Shown here piece by piece: positions 1 to 9,560 of a stretch of DNA of 58,510 nt. The first letter of the stretch is position 1. The number at the start of each line of letters is the position of its first letter. The notes beneath the pieces are model-generated. The model was not told the DNA's origin. It made no database searches and worked only from the letters and a program-made list of their open reading frames with translations. The translations under genes and the position numbers were made by a program. This stretch comes from a virus (taxonomy: Duplodnaviria; Caudoviricetes), in the IMG/VR virus record IMGVR_UViG_3300049479_000276, positions 1 to 58,510 of that record, one strand, 5' to 3'.

Positions 1-511
1 CACCCTGCCTGCTTATGTGTATCGCGCTACCATCTCCGTTGCCTCTGGCTGGGGTGATGGCCGCGTTGCCTCCGGTGTGTATGCCGCAACTGGTAACGTC
101 ATCTCCTTTGGCCGCAGCAATGCCGGTAGCCCTACCGCTGCCTCCGGTATTGGCGAAGCTGTTATCCAGGCAAACCTGACCTCCACCGTGTCTGGTTCTC
201 AGGTTGGCGAAATCTTCTTCGCCGCTGGTTCCGCTGCTTACAGCGCTAACCCCTTCCTGATCGCCTCTGGTGCCGCTGGTGTGACCGCCGGTAACGTGTA
301 CTACTCCGCTACCGCTTCCACCACTCTGAAGGTGTTTGCGAAAGAAACTGCAAACAGCACCGCAACCTCTGGTGGTTTCTATATCTCCAGCGGTGATTCC
401 ACCGGTGGCCGCACTGGTTACCTCGTCGTCGAAGCCTGCTACATTCAACCTGATGAAGCCCCTGGCTACGAAGACATTGATGGTTACCTCCTGGGCCGCA
501 CCGTTAGCTGA
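1..511 (+). CDS. 5'-truncated Gly/Ala/Ser-rich putative virion structural protein
   Basis: Frame is open from the window edge (TLPAYVYRAT...); strongly biased codons (gct, ggt, tcc) suggest high expression. Confidence 0.6.
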   Translation, partial: TLPAYVYRATISVASGWGDGRVASGVYAATGNVISFGRSNAGSPTAASGIGEAVIQANLTSTVSGSQVGEIFFAAGSAAYSANPFLIASGAAGVTAGNVYYSATASTTLKVFAKETANSTATSGGFYISSGDSTGGRTGYLVVEACYIQPDEAPGYEDIDGYLLGRTVS

Positions 512-522
512 TTGAGTTAAAC

Positions 523-547
523 TAAGACCAGTTAATCACTGGTCTTA
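523..547 (+). promoter_or_regulatory. Start-codon-sequestering hairpin with adjacent -10-like box
   Basis: Perfect 10-bp stem taagaccagt/actggtctta ending on the A of ATG547; TAAACT at 518-523. Confidence 0.6.
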
Positions 548-975
548 TGTCAACCACGGCAGCAATGCTTTATCAGCACAAAAAAACTGGCGCTCGAGTC
601 AAAGTCATTAGCGAATGGGATCAAGGCGATTGGTTCATGGTCGAAGATCAGGATGGTCGCCTTTTTACCGTTTACAGAACTGAGATTGAGCCCGACGAAG
701 AGGCTACTAAAAAGGTAAAGACTCTTCAAGTAAAAGATAAGGCAGCGCAAGAAGAACCACGTACCTTTCCTCCGGACGCACGTTTAAACATCAATGGCGC
801 TACCGCTCAAATGATCGCTGATCATATTAAGGGTATCGGCTTGAAGACAGCGCGAGAGATTAAAGATCTTCAGATGTCCTTATCGGGTGAAAGGTTTAAC
901 AATCTCGAACAGCTAAAACAGATCAAAAGGGTTGATTGGGACGCGGTCTTTGCCGCTGACTTGATCCGTGTATAA
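547..975 (+). CDS. ComEA-like helix-hairpin-helix DNA-binding protein
   Basis: RLNINGATAQMIADHIKGIGLKTAREI...FNNLEQLKQIKRV matches the HhH_3 pattern. Confidence 0.75.
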   Translation: MSTTAAMLYQHKKTGARVKVISEWDQGDWFMVEDQDGRLFTVYRTEIEPDEEATKKVKTLQVKDKAAQEEPRTFPPDARLNINGATAQMIADHIKGIGLKTAREIKDLQMSLSGERFNNLEQLKQIKRVDWDAVFAADLIRV

Positions 976-996
976 CTAACTCCTTCTGTAGATACA

Positions 997-1024
997 CCCC
1001 TGGGAAACCGGGGGTTTTTATTTT
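997..1024 (+). terminator. Intrinsic terminator
   Basis: cccctgg-gaaa-ccggggg followed by a T run. Confidence 0.8.
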
Positions 1025-1029
1025 AGAAT
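1024..1029 (+). promoter_or_regulatory. -10-only promoter hexamer (representative of a genome-wide set)
   Basis: TAGAAT 23 nt before ATG1053. Similar TAnnnT boxes precede starts at 1730, 4087, 6807, 10223, 11222, 14400, 16239, 18223, 18580, 25397, 32351, 33391 and 43736. Confidence 0.6.
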
Positions 1030-1052
1030 GAAGGATAAAAGATCATCGTGAT

Positions 1053-1718
1053 ATGGCTGGCATTACGTTTAAAGGACGTGTTGGTTCCACTGGTAGATCA
1101 ACTGGGCCGCATTTGCATGTTGAAGTACAAGATCTTGCAACGGGCGCCTTTTTAAATCCTGAAACAATTCGTACCCCTTTAAGTGGATTACGCATTGGTG
1201 AGAAGAGGATTCCAGCATTAATTCAAACACCAGAAGGAAAATTTACATTTAATCCTGAAGCTGGTATTACCATTACGTCTAAATACGGCCCCCGTGGAGG
1301 AAGGCAACACAAAGGTGAGGACTGGGCTTTACCAGAGGGTACTCCAATCTTTTATGAAGGTGCCGGTAAGTACGTTCCTCTAGCCAACCAAGGAGCTTAT
1401 GGAAACCTTTCTACGTTCACTACAGGAGACAATAAATATCAAATTCGCTTAGGGCATATGCAATCCCTGGGAGAGGCGGCAGATCTTTCTCAAGGTTCAT
1501 CCACTGCTAATACCAGTGCATCAAATTCTTCTGATTTCCAGGGGATGCTATCTGGTTATCTCCTCGGTTCTTTACTGAGAGGCGAACCAAAAGAAGATCC
1601 AAAAACACAAATGATGCGAGGGTTTGTTAAAGAGCTGGTACAACCACAGCAAAATGATATGGCCGGTGCTTTGTTCCAGCAGTTATTATCATCATCCACT
1701 GGTGGACTGTTTGGTTAA
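1053..1718 (+). CDS. M23 family peptidase, apparently circularly permuted
   Basis: GSTGRSTGPHLHVEV (HxH) at the N-terminus; ITSKYGPRGGRQHKGED (HxxxD) and RLGHM downstream. Confidence 0.8.
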   Translation: MAGITFKGRVGSTGRSTGPHLHVEVQDLATGAFLNPETIRTPLSGLRIGEKRIPALIQTPEGKFTFNPEAGITITSKYGPRGGRQHKGEDWALPEGTPIFYEGAGKYVPLANQGAYGNLSTFTTGDNKYQIRLGHMQSLGEAADLSQGSSTANTSASNSSDFQGMLSGYLLGSLLRGEPKEDPKTQMMRGFVKELVQPQQNDMAGALFQQLLSSSTGGLFG

Positions 1719-1757
1719 TTCAGTTCATCTATAATTGAGAACATACGGAAGTAAGCT

Positions 1758-2219
1758 GTGCAGCTCAGCGATTTTGACAAGAGTAGGGTCCGGTATCACC
1801 TGGGCTACTTCACGGTTTCCGTGCCGGCGGGCGACTTCGCCCGACTTGAAGAAGCGATGAATACCGTTCCGGATTCATACTTCTACGACAAAATCGTTAT
1901 TCAGATTGGTCGTTGTGACACGGCCGAGAAGAAAACAGAAGTTGCTACATCGCCTTCCACTCGGTTAGAAAGCATCGTTGGTGATGTAGACCGTACAATT
2001 CGGTCTAGTAATGCCAAAGAAGCTCTCAAGGTTTGGGATGAGATTTATCTCTACGAGACCAACCGTTTAGCCGGCATCCTTTACGTACCTAACTACAAGG
2101 ATCCGTTCCAAGCTCGTTACCGTTACGAGCGTTCAGGCGCTGAATTTATTCAGGCGCTACCAGGCCCGGCTGATACGGCTGTGGGTTCACGCATTTATTT
2201 ACATGAGGTTTGGCGCTAA
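1758..2219 (+). CDS. Hypothetical protein, possibly head-tail connector
   Basis: 153-aa ORF in the structural block with a -10 box upstream. Confidence 0.55.
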   Translation: MQLSDFDKSRVRYHLGYFTVSVPAGDFARLEEAMNTVPDSYFYDKIVIQIGRCDTAEKKTEVATSPSTRLESIVGDVDRTIRSSNAKEALKVWDEIYLYETNRLAGILYVPNYKDPFQARYRYERSGAEFIQALPGPADTAVGSRIYLHEVWR

Positions 2220-3166
2220 TGTCTCTTCTTAATATCCTGAACGCGATTCCAGCGGCGGCAAGTCGCTTTGGTGGATCCGTCATTCAACAAGCACCAAAAG
2301 CCGCAGCGCGTGTACCACAGGCGGCTCGTGGTGTAGGCTTTGATCCCTTGAACCAAGTACCTGCATTCTTTAGTCGTTTTGGCGGCTCCGTTATCCAATC
2401 CCCTTCTGTGCGGAATGTACAGTCTTTGCGGGGAATTGTCCCTGCAGCGGGAGCCGGTATGGCGGGTTTTTCTGGCGCAGCCCTAGACCCCCTGCTGCGC
2501 GGCAGTCAATACGTGCAACAACAGCTTCAGGGTTTTGGTACAATTCCAAAACCGGGTCAAGCCAAGCCTAAACCTACTGAGGGATATAGCAGTTACGGAA
2601 CATATACCGTCGGGGGCATTGAGTATGACATTAATAGCGGTCGTCCTACATACATGCCCCCTGGCTCTGCGTACCCTTCTAGCTCTGTGGCTCCCTTCAC
2701 ACCCTTCAAAGAAGGTAGTAGTACTGCGGCCGAACGTGCGTATCAATCAGAAAAGGCAAGTGTAGCTCAACAAGCTGCGCAGAACCCTGAACTTCAGCGT
2801 TATGAGGCTGCTCGCCTGAAAGCCGTAGCACCTGGCGCAACAGCAGAACAAGTGCAATCTGCAGAAGATATTGGCATGCAGATGTGGGCAAAAGCAAATC
2901 CAACTCTTGCCGCCAAAGTCAAGCCTGGTCAATCCGGTTATGACGCCATTCAAGGAGCCATGGCAGGGCAAGCGGCTTCTCAAGGTCTTGGCTATCAGTT
3001 GCCACAGCAGATGATCTTTACGCCTCCTCCTGGCGTCAATACTCCTCAAGGTTTACCTGCCGTGGAATCCATTGGGCCTTCTGCTACCTATGGCGCTCAA
3101 GGCATTGATATTGATCCCGAAATGCGTAAGAAATTTCAAGCTTTACTTAATGAAGTAAAATCTTGA
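2219..3166 (+). CDS. Ala/Gln/Pro-rich putative internal virion protein
   Basis: ATG overlaps the upstream TAA (taatg); internal repeat SRFGGSVIQ x2. Confidence 0.55.
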   Translation: MSLLNILNAIPAAASRFGGSVIQQAPKAAARVPQAARGVGFDPLNQVPAFFSRFGGSVIQSPSVRNVQSLRGIVPAAGAGMAGFSGAALDPLLRGSQYVQQQLQGFGTIPKPGQAKPKPTEGYSSYGTYTVGGIEYDINSGRPTYMPPGSAYPSSSVAPFTPFKEGSSTAAERAYQSEKASVAQQAAQNPELQRYEAARLKAVAPGATAEQVQSAEDIGMQMWAKANPTLAAKVKPGQSGYDAIQGAMAGQAASQGLGYQLPQQMIFTPPPGVNTPQGLPAVESIGPSATYGAQGIDIDPEMRKKFQALLNEVKS

Positions 3167-3169
3167 TTC

Positions 3170-3198
3170 ATTGGCATTGCGCTGCATGTAAGCCCAAT
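3170..3198 (+). ncRNA. Leader motif family 2, divergent copy
   Basis: attgg-CA-t-tgc gct gca-t-GTAAGC-ccaat; same architecture as copies at 55943, 57043 and 58072. Confidence 0.45.
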
Positions 3199-3252
3199 CC
3201 AACTGGACACGAATCTTTGATTCACGGGGGCCAGTGTTGTTGCTTTAAAACA

Positions 3253-3369
3253 ATGATCCTTTGTCCCAATTTTGTTAAGCGCCTTGCCGCCAAACTAAGC
3301 CTGGTTGTTGCAGTACAAGCAGTCTTTATCCCCGGCCTCAAAGCACAATCAAATTGGGTAGGAGAATAG
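3253..3369 (+). CDS. Small hydrophobic, signal-peptide-like protein
   Basis: MILCPNFVKRLAAKLSLVVAVQAVFIPGLKAQSNWVGE; ends 4 nt before the lysozyme ATG. Confidence 0.4.
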   Translation: MILCPNFVKRLAAKLSLVVAVQAVFIPGLKAQSNWVGE

Positions 3370-3373
3370 TCCG

Positions 3374-4072
3374 ATGGCAGATCGTAAATTCTACGAACAA
3401 TTTAGACAGACGCCAGAAGGACAAGCCTTGCTGCGAACCATTCGTTTTGCAGAAGGCACAGAACGTGGTGGGCCAGATTCCTATCGAGTCATGTTTGGTG
3501 GTTCTTTAGCGCCAGATCTGAAACGCCACCCAGATGTCGTAATGAAAGGCCGTAGCACTGCTGCAGGAGCCTATCAATTCCTTACGCCAACCTGGAATGC
3601 CGCACAAAAGAGACTAGGCCTCACATCTTTTGGTCCTGTTGAGCAAGACATTGCAGCACTTGACCTGGCTCGTTCTCGCACAATGGGTCTTGGCGGTCTG
3701 TCTTATTTGCAGAAACAAGGATTAACACCTGAGTTTGTTTCTGCCCTGGCGCCAGAATGGGCATCATTGCCTACCAAAGAAGGTAAGAGTTATTACGGGC
3801 AGCCCGTTAAGCCGTACCAAAAATTACAAGAAGTCTATAGCCAGGGCTTAAAACCTCTTCAGACTACTGACCAAGCTTCGCAAGGTCAGCAACAAGACAT
3901 GTCTAGTAATGACTTCTTGAAAGGTTTTATGGCGGCAATGTCCGGCAGCAATACCAAAGAAGCGTCCATGAAAGATCTCTTGAAAGAAAGATTGGCAATG
4001 GAACTGTTTTCCCCTCAAACCATGGCAGGACCCCTTGATTTTTTGTCAAGCTACCTTAATCCGTACGCTTGA
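3374..4072 (+). CDS. Lambda-R-like (GH104) lysozyme/transglycosylase with C-terminal tail
   Basis: ALLRTIRFAEGT...STAAGAYQFLTPTW...FGPVEQD...LAPEWASLP...SYYGQP. Confidence 0.85.
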   Translation: MADRKFYEQFRQTPEGQALLRTIRFAEGTERGGPDSYRVMFGGSLAPDLKRHPDVVMKGRSTAAGAYQFLTPTWNAAQKRLGLTSFGPVEQDIAALDLARSRTMGLGGLSYLQKQGLTPEFVSALAPEWASLPTKEGKSYYGQPVKPYQKLQEVYSQGLKPLQTTDQASQGQQQDMSSNDFLKGFMAAMSGSNTKEASMKDLLKERLAMELFSPQTMAGPLDFLSSYLNPYA

Positions 4073-4115
4073 TTGAAAACAAGCTTTATAATGTAAACAA
4101 GTAGGAAGTAGAACA

Positions 4116-4898
4116 TTGTCGTCATCCGCAACGAACAAGCAGCCACTGTTAATCGATCGTCCGTTATTCGATTCAGTTCGAGTAACCACACAGACGGTTG
4201 GTAGCTCTACTGCTAACACACTCTTTGTTCAAGGTGGACAGGCACCGTCGATTCTGGTCGACATGGATGCTGCTATCCAGGAAGACAACAACAATGGTGG
4301 CGTTGTTGATTCAATTTCTATCAGTCGCAACGACTTCTATCGTTCACCTGACTACACCATCAATGCCTCTACGTCAGGCACTGTCATCTCTCTGGTCAGT
4401 GGGCAGATCGTACATGTAACAACCACAGGCGTCATCACTGCGACCACACCGGCAAGTGGCGTTGGCTACTACACATATACCGGTGCAACGACCTTGACGG
4501 GCGTCAATACTGCCCTGCACTACTCAGGCGGTACATCGAGCGGATTTACGTACAACGGTGTCGCTTACGGCTATCAGCCTGCTGTTACCTTTGTGTTTTA
4601 CCACACCCGTGGAACAACGGTACCTGTCCCTGCGTCAGGTGACTACCGTGTGTTGTTCGCAAAGACTCTGCCCGCCAACAGTGGCACAGTCGATTGCTCC
4701 GACCTGATGCCTCAACTGGCAGCTCCTGTGGCACAAGCAGGTAATACTACTGGTTTAGGATCTACAGCTCCACTGCGCAACAAGGGTATTTACCTGGAAC
4801 GAGGCGACCGTATTTACGTTGGTGTGTTCCCAGATGGCCCTAATATCTCTGGTTACACCCCTGGCGCACACATTGTCGCTCAAGGCGGTTTCTTCTAA
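4116..4898 (+). CDS. Putative virion structural protein
   Basis: Thr/Gly-rich 260-aa ORF with TATAAT upstream. Confidence 0.55.
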   Translation: MSSSATNKQPLLIDRPLFDSVRVTTQTVGSSTANTLFVQGGQAPSILVDMDAAIQEDNNNGGVVDSISISRNDFYRSPDYTINASTSGTVISLVSGQIVHVTTTGVITATTPASGVGYYTYTGATTLTGVNTALHYSGGTSSGFTYNGVAYGYQPAVTFVFYHTRGTTVPVPASGDYRVLFAKTLPANSGTVDCSDLMPQLAAPVAQAGNTTGLGSTAPLRNKGIYLERGDRIYVGVFPDGPNISGYTPGAHIVAQGGFF

Positions 4899-4900
4899 TC

Positions 4901-6430
4901 ATGGCCAAAAAGAGTGGAAGCTCTTTTGGTACTTTCACTCAGTCGACGGTCAGCGCTCCCAATGGGATAAAGCCGATCACGACTGAGTTTTCTCGTGGCT
5001 CAGTGCCGGACTCTATTTACGCAGCAAACAGGGAGTCAGCATGGTCCAGATGGCGCCGTGGATATGAGTTAGCAACAGCTACTTTCTACGACAACAGTTA
5101 CGAATATCCTTTTCAATACCAGATTCCTGTTCCATCGGGCACGCCAAGTTCTGTTGCAAATCCTGCGCCTATTATTTCGGGGACGTTTGTAGGATTTCCG
5201 ACCAAGAATAAAGAGATGGGAATGCACTGGGCTGGCTGGCGTTATGCCGGATCCATGCGTAGTGATCGCCTTGTCGATCCCGTCACCACAAGTGGTCTTT
5301 ACATTGAGTCTGTTACAGAAGATACTGAGAATTGGTATGTAAAGCTTGCGGGATCTTGGAGTGCAGCGAACCCGCTTCCTCCGCCTTTTTATGTTGCTGT
5401 TCCAGGAGTGCCAGGTGGTCTCACTCCGCTGAACAGTGAAATTATCGAAGATCGCGTCATTACTCCAGGTGGTCAAATTATTGACAAAGACACGATTGAC
5501 CCTACAACACAAAAGCGGTATGGATATGTACAGGCTATACTGACAGCCACAAATCCAACAACGGGCATCCTTACCTTACGCAAGGCTGGGTCCGTGCAGG
5601 TTACACCTGATCAAGAGTATTTAACTCCTTCCCCTATTGGCTTTACGCCTGGTCGATACATCATTACAGGCGCACGTTTTTGTTGTTCTTGCCAGGACTT
5701 TACGCACCGTGATTATGCATTTATGCGGGATATCACGAAGAGTATTAAGACGCGCTTCCCAAGAAGTGGCTTATCTTCTGTAAAGCCAGGACGTTTTGAA
5801 TTAACGAGAAGAGGTGGGGAGATTGATAACAGTGCCATGACACCTGGCAATGTCAATCGTCAAATGGAAGTTTATGCACCTTCTGGTTTCCAGCTTCCAT
5901 ACAATGTTGCTGACAGTGTCGTCAACAATAAAGCCACACGAGATAATCCAGGAATCTACGCTGATTTTGGCGCAACCTACATCAGGAGTACCGTGAACCC
6001 AGGCATTACAGGTGCCAGAGCAGAAGGCCTGCCCGGATACAATGATTACTCTGCTGAGCAAGGTGAGATTACCTCATTAACAGACAACTGGGAACCACTG
6101 CTTGATGAGATGCGTTACTGCAAGCATATCTATGCACTTAAGTTTGCAGATAATACTTTTCCGCCAGAGCCTTCTGATTTTCCTGTCGGAAGGGAAAGCA
6201 TGACAGCATGGGAGCAACGCCTTGTCGATCAAACCGAAAGTGAACAGCAGTCAATAAAATCATCTCTATTGAATAACTTTTCCCTGGCGCAGATGGATGT
6301 ACCTCCCTACAACTGTCAGTCCGTGATGATGATGCCGATGATGCAGAAGTTATTTAACGTTCCACCAGAGTTTATCTTGATGCAAGGCTTTACGATGTTT
6401 GATAAAGACGGTAGGCCATACAAGCCATAA
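4901..6430 (+). CDS. Large protein with split SWIM-like zinc finger
   Basis: FCCSCQDF ... MRYCKHIYAL. Confidence 0.55.
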   Translation: MAKKSGSSFGTFTQSTVSAPNGIKPITTEFSRGSVPDSIYAANRESAWSRWRRGYELATATFYDNSYEYPFQYQIPVPSGTPSSVANPAPIISGTFVGFPTKNKEMGMHWAGWRYAGSMRSDRLVDPVTTSGLYIESVTEDTENWYVKLAGSWSAANPLPPPFYVAVPGVPGGLTPLNSEIIEDRVITPGGQIIDKDTIDPTTQKRYGYVQAILTATNPTTGILTLRKAGSVQVTPDQEYLTPSPIGFTPGRYIITGARFCCSCQDFTHRDYAFMRDITKSIKTRFPRSGLSSVKPGRFELTRRGGEIDNSAMTPGNVNRQMEVYAPSGFQLPYNVADSVVNNKATRDNPGIYADFGATYIRSTVNPGITGARAEGLPGYNDYSAEQGEITSLTDNWEPLLDEMRYCKHIYALKFADNTFPPEPSDFPVGRESMTAWEQRLVDQTESEQQSIKSSLLNNFSLAQMDVPPYNCQSVMMMPMMQKLFNVPPEFILMQGFTMFDKDGRPYKP

Positions 6431-6480
6431 AAAACGGCCCCATCACTGACAGGACCGTTTCTGTATCCCCAGGCCGTCCC

Positions 6481-6699
6481 CTAGGCGGCCACTGGCATCA
6501 TACCAGCTTTTGTGAGTTGTTTACGTACTGCAGCCACATTCCAACGGTAACTATCCCTGGAACGAGTCTCCGGAAATGCTGCGTAGTGTGGACCGAGCTT
6601 TAGGGTTCCGTCGTCGCGGAATTTGAAGAGTGTCTTGCGGTCAATGCCAAGAAGTTCTTCGATCTTTTGGGCAGAGACCCAACCAGGATGCGAGGCCAT
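6481..6699 (-). CDS. Excisionase/HTH-like DNA-binding protein
   Basis: WVSAQKIEELLGIDRKTLFKFRDDGTLKLGPHY. Confidence 0.6.
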   Translation of the reverse strand: MASHPGWVSAQKIEELLGIDRKTLFKFRDDGTLKLGPHYAAFPETRSRDSYRWNVAAVRKQLTKAGMMPVAA

Positions 6700-6825
6700 G
6701 AAGGCAGTAGTAGCAACTCTCTTACCTTACATAAGATCCTTCTGAAGTCAAGGGTCTTAATTGAAATTTTATCTTTATGTTCAAAGCTGTAACAGTGTGG
6801 ACAACTTAAAATGAATTAACGGCAA

Positions 6826-7200
6826 TTGAAGAGCATGTTTTGCAACCAGCACGAGCCCCTTGCCCTGCTAGTTGAAATTACACCAAAACTTGCCAAAAAA
6901 CGTTTTAGAGAAAGTATTTATCAAGCCTGGGATAACAAATGCGCTTATTGCGGAGAAATAGCCACTAGCTTGGATCACATTGTCCCTAGATTTAAATCTG
7001 GTTGTTCTAATCGAAATAACCTGGTACCTGCCTGCTGTAAATGTAACTCAAATAAAGCTTCTTCCAAAATGGAAACGTGGTACAAACAGCAAAGTTATTT
7101 TAACGAACAAAGACTAGCTAAAATACAAGCCTGGACCGAGCTAAATGGTTCGAATTTGATACACTTGCAAGATTACACAGATAAAAATGAGCAACTCTAG
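6826..7200 (+). CDS. HNH endonuclease
   Basis: CAYCG...SLDHIVPRFKSG...NLVPACCKCNSNK. Confidence 0.9.
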   Translation: MKSMFCNQHEPLALLVEITPKLAKKRFRESIYQAWDNKCAYCGEIATSLDHIVPRFKSGCSNRNNLVPACCKCNSNKASSKMETWYKQQSYFNEQRLAKIQAWTELNGSNLIHLQDYTDKNEQL

Positions 7201-9094
7201 TTTTTCGCAGCGCTCCTCTTTAAAGCCTTTGTTTTCAGGAGAAAACGTAAATCCTCTTGAGACTGCTTATTTAGACACATCCGGATTGCCTCAGCAGCAA
7301 TTCCAAGGCCCTATTCAACCAAAAGAATTTACACCTTATACAGAGCAGACACGTCCCTTAACAGATAGAGAACATCAGATTTTACGGGAATCCTTGCTAG
7401 GAATTCCTGCGGGAGGTGGTGAATCGATTGTTAACCTTGCCTCGCAAAAGTACATTAATCTTGCAGGAGAACGTACTTTTGGAGCGCTAAGAACTGATGC
7501 CCTAAAACAAACGCTAAAGGAATATCAGAATGCACTGAAAAAAGAGCAGTCTTATACATTGCTTCAGGGCATGGGCTTGCCCAGTGCTACAAGCTTTAAA
7601 GAGGACATTAAAAACTCAATCCTTGGGGACATTGGAGCCGGAGGATTTCTTGCTTTTGGCAAAGGAGAAGAGGTAGAGAAAGGTTTATCTAAAGGTCTTG
7701 AAAAAGCTCTTGGCATTCAGTCATCCGTTCAATACAATTGGCAGAAATGGTTTGACGAAACCCTCTCTAAACGTTACGAAGAATTAAAAGAAGTTACCGA
7801 TCCCACGGATGCCAAGAATATTTATTCAGTCGAAAAAGAATTTGCTAAGAATTTCATAACAGATTACCTGGCTCCGCGTTTTGATGCGTCTAAGTCCATT
7901 GCTGAATTCATTAGCTATATGGACGTAGCTGCGGAAGATGAAAATATTCTGCAGACGCAAACCGTATCTAGTGCCCTTAAAGACTATGCGGCCAAGAAAG
8001 CTGAAGCCTATCTCAACGATCTCAAGACTAAAGGCGTTACAAAAGAATTTGATCCTGTCTTTTATCGCTCCCCTGATTTAATTTCAGGTACCGATAAAGC
8101 AGACAAAGCAGATCTTTACGCACAACAAAAAGACGCCATCCAAAAAGCCTGGGAAAACCGAAAGTCGGATGAAGCCGTAAAGGATGGAATGACATGGGCT
8201 TCCCTCGCTTATCAATATGGAGTTGACTTAGATAACGAAAATGATTTTGCCAGGTTGCATTATGAGGTCTTAGGTAAGGACAAGGGATATGATCCAGTTG
8301 CTGACACGTACACAAGTCGAGATCTTTCCAATTACATACAAACAGATTTAGCGGAAGCCCTGCAAGCGCAGAAAGCTCTGTACTCACCAGATGCTGTCTT
8401 TGTTGATTTTGTAAGCTCAGAACAAAAAGCAAATGAGTTTGTAGAAAAATTAAATATACAAGCATTACCAAGCGACTTGAAAAACCGCTTAAGAGGTCTT
8501 GGTTACAATGAAAAAACAGACCCGGAAGAAACAATTAAAGAAGCCTTGCTTGGCCTGCTGCGCACAGATCCAGCAATTGAAATCCGTGAGAGGATAAAAC
8601 AATTAAACGAAGAAGAGGTCAAACCAACACAAGAAATCCTAGGCTTTGGTTACATACAAAGAGATACAGACGAGGAAGTAAAGGCTCCAGAAGGGGGCAC
8701 AGCCCTGTTTAATCTGTTTAAAAAATCTGGTTACGCTGGCACTGAAAAAGAGTTTTACACCGATTTTTTTCCAGATGCAACAGATGAAGATAAAAATCTT
8801 TATGCCGCTAAGAGTACAACTAAAAAGCCAGGTAGCGCCGCAGAGATGCTTGGCTTCAACCTTCCAAACATGTCAGACCCCTTCTCTGCCATGGCGTCAA
8901 TTGATAGCCTGTTCCAGGACAGTAGTGCACAAAAAACAACTCTGCCCACAAAGTCGAGCTACTTCAATATTTTTACCAACGAAGAAGATGAAGGTGCGCC
9001 TTCCTACTTTAAAATGGGAACTAGCAAGACAACAGTTAGCAAATCTCCGTCTGCCCAAGATTTCCTTGGCAGCTTTGGCTCCTTCTTTGGTTGA
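7187..9094 (+). CDS. Large helical hypothetical protein (putative internal virion protein)
   Basis: 635-aa ORF with no recognised motif. Confidence 0.6.
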   Translation: MSNSSFSQRSSLKPLFSGENVNPLETAYLDTSGLPQQQFQGPIQPKEFTPYTEQTRPLTDREHQILRESLLGIPAGGGESIVNLASQKYINLAGERTFGALRTDALKQTLKEYQNALKKEQSYTLLQGMGLPSATSFKEDIKNSILGDIGAGGFLAFGKGEEVEKGLSKGLEKALGIQSSVQYNWQKWFDETLSKRYEELKEVTDPTDAKNIYSVEKEFAKNFITDYLAPRFDASKSIAEFISYMDVAAEDENILQTQTVSSALKDYAAKKAEAYLNDLKTKGVTKEFDPVFYRSPDLISGTDKADKADLYAQQKDAIQKAWENRKSDEAVKDGMTWASLAYQYGVDLDNENDFARLHYEVLGKDKGYDPVADTYTSRDLSNYIQTDLAEALQAQKALYSPDAVFVDFVSSEQKANEFVEKLNIQALPSDLKNRLRGLGYNEKTDPEETIKEALLGLLRTDPAIEIRERIKQLNEEEVKPTQEILGFGYIQRDTDEEVKAPEGGTALFNLFKKSGYAGTEKEFYTDFFPDATDEDKNLYAAKSTTKKPGSAAEMLGFNLPNMSDPFSAMASIDSLFQDSSAQKTTLPTKSSYFNIFTNEEDEGAPSYFKMGTSKTTVSKSPSAQDFLGSFGSFFG

Positions 9095-9099
9095 TAACA

Positions 9100-9372
9100 A
9101 TGTCAGATAAACGCAAAAAAGCAGCCAAGGCCGCAAAGATTGCTAAGGATTCAATGCCTTGCAACAAGCCCAGGCGGGACGTACAAGGCGGCAAAAAGTC
9201 TGTTGTGAAAGCTTGCGAAAACGGCCAGGAAAAAATTGTCCGTTTTGGTGATGCCAATATGGAAATCAAACGAGATAACCCAGAACGACGCAAGAACTTC
9301 CGCGCCCGTCATAATTGTGACGAACCTAAAAGCAAGCTTACGGCTGGGTACTGGTCCTGTAAAGCCTGGTAG
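9100..9372 (+). CDS. Basic conserved phage protein (DUF6321-like)
   Basis: KIVRFGDANMEIKRDNPERRKNFRARHNC...AGYWSCKAW. Confidence 0.65.
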   Translation: MSDKRKKAAKAAKIAKDSMPCNKPRRDVQGGKKSVVKACENGQEKIVRFGDANMEIKRDNPERRKNFRARHNCDEPKSKLTAGYWSCKAW

Positions 9373-9398
9373 GATCTATTTGCTGCTTCGTTACCAGC

Positions 9399-9524
9399 AT
9401 GGCAAAACCCAAGTCCAACACACTTCACATTGAAGGAAAGCCAAAGACCACTTCCATCGGTCAAGGTCAGAACAGTCGTCCTCAACGCCGAGGCAAGAAA
9501 AAACTAAGGGGCCAAGGTAAGTAA
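9399..9524 (+). CDS. Small basic protein (41 aa, not in ORF track)
   Basis: MAKPKSNTLHIEGKPKTTSIGQGQNSRPQRRGKKKLRGQGK fills the intergenic gap. Confidence 0.6.
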   Translation: MAKPKSNTLHIEGKPKTTSIGQGQNSRPQRRGKKKLRGQGK

Positions 9525-9537
9525 AATTTATGTATAT

Positions 9538-9560
9538 TAGGAGTACTTGTTGTACTCCTA
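9538..9560 (+). promoter_or_regulatory. Start-codon-sequestering hairpin with adjacent -10-like box
   Basis: Perfect 9-bp stem taggagtac/gtactccta ending on the A of ATG9560; TATATT at 9533-9538. Confidence 0.65.
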
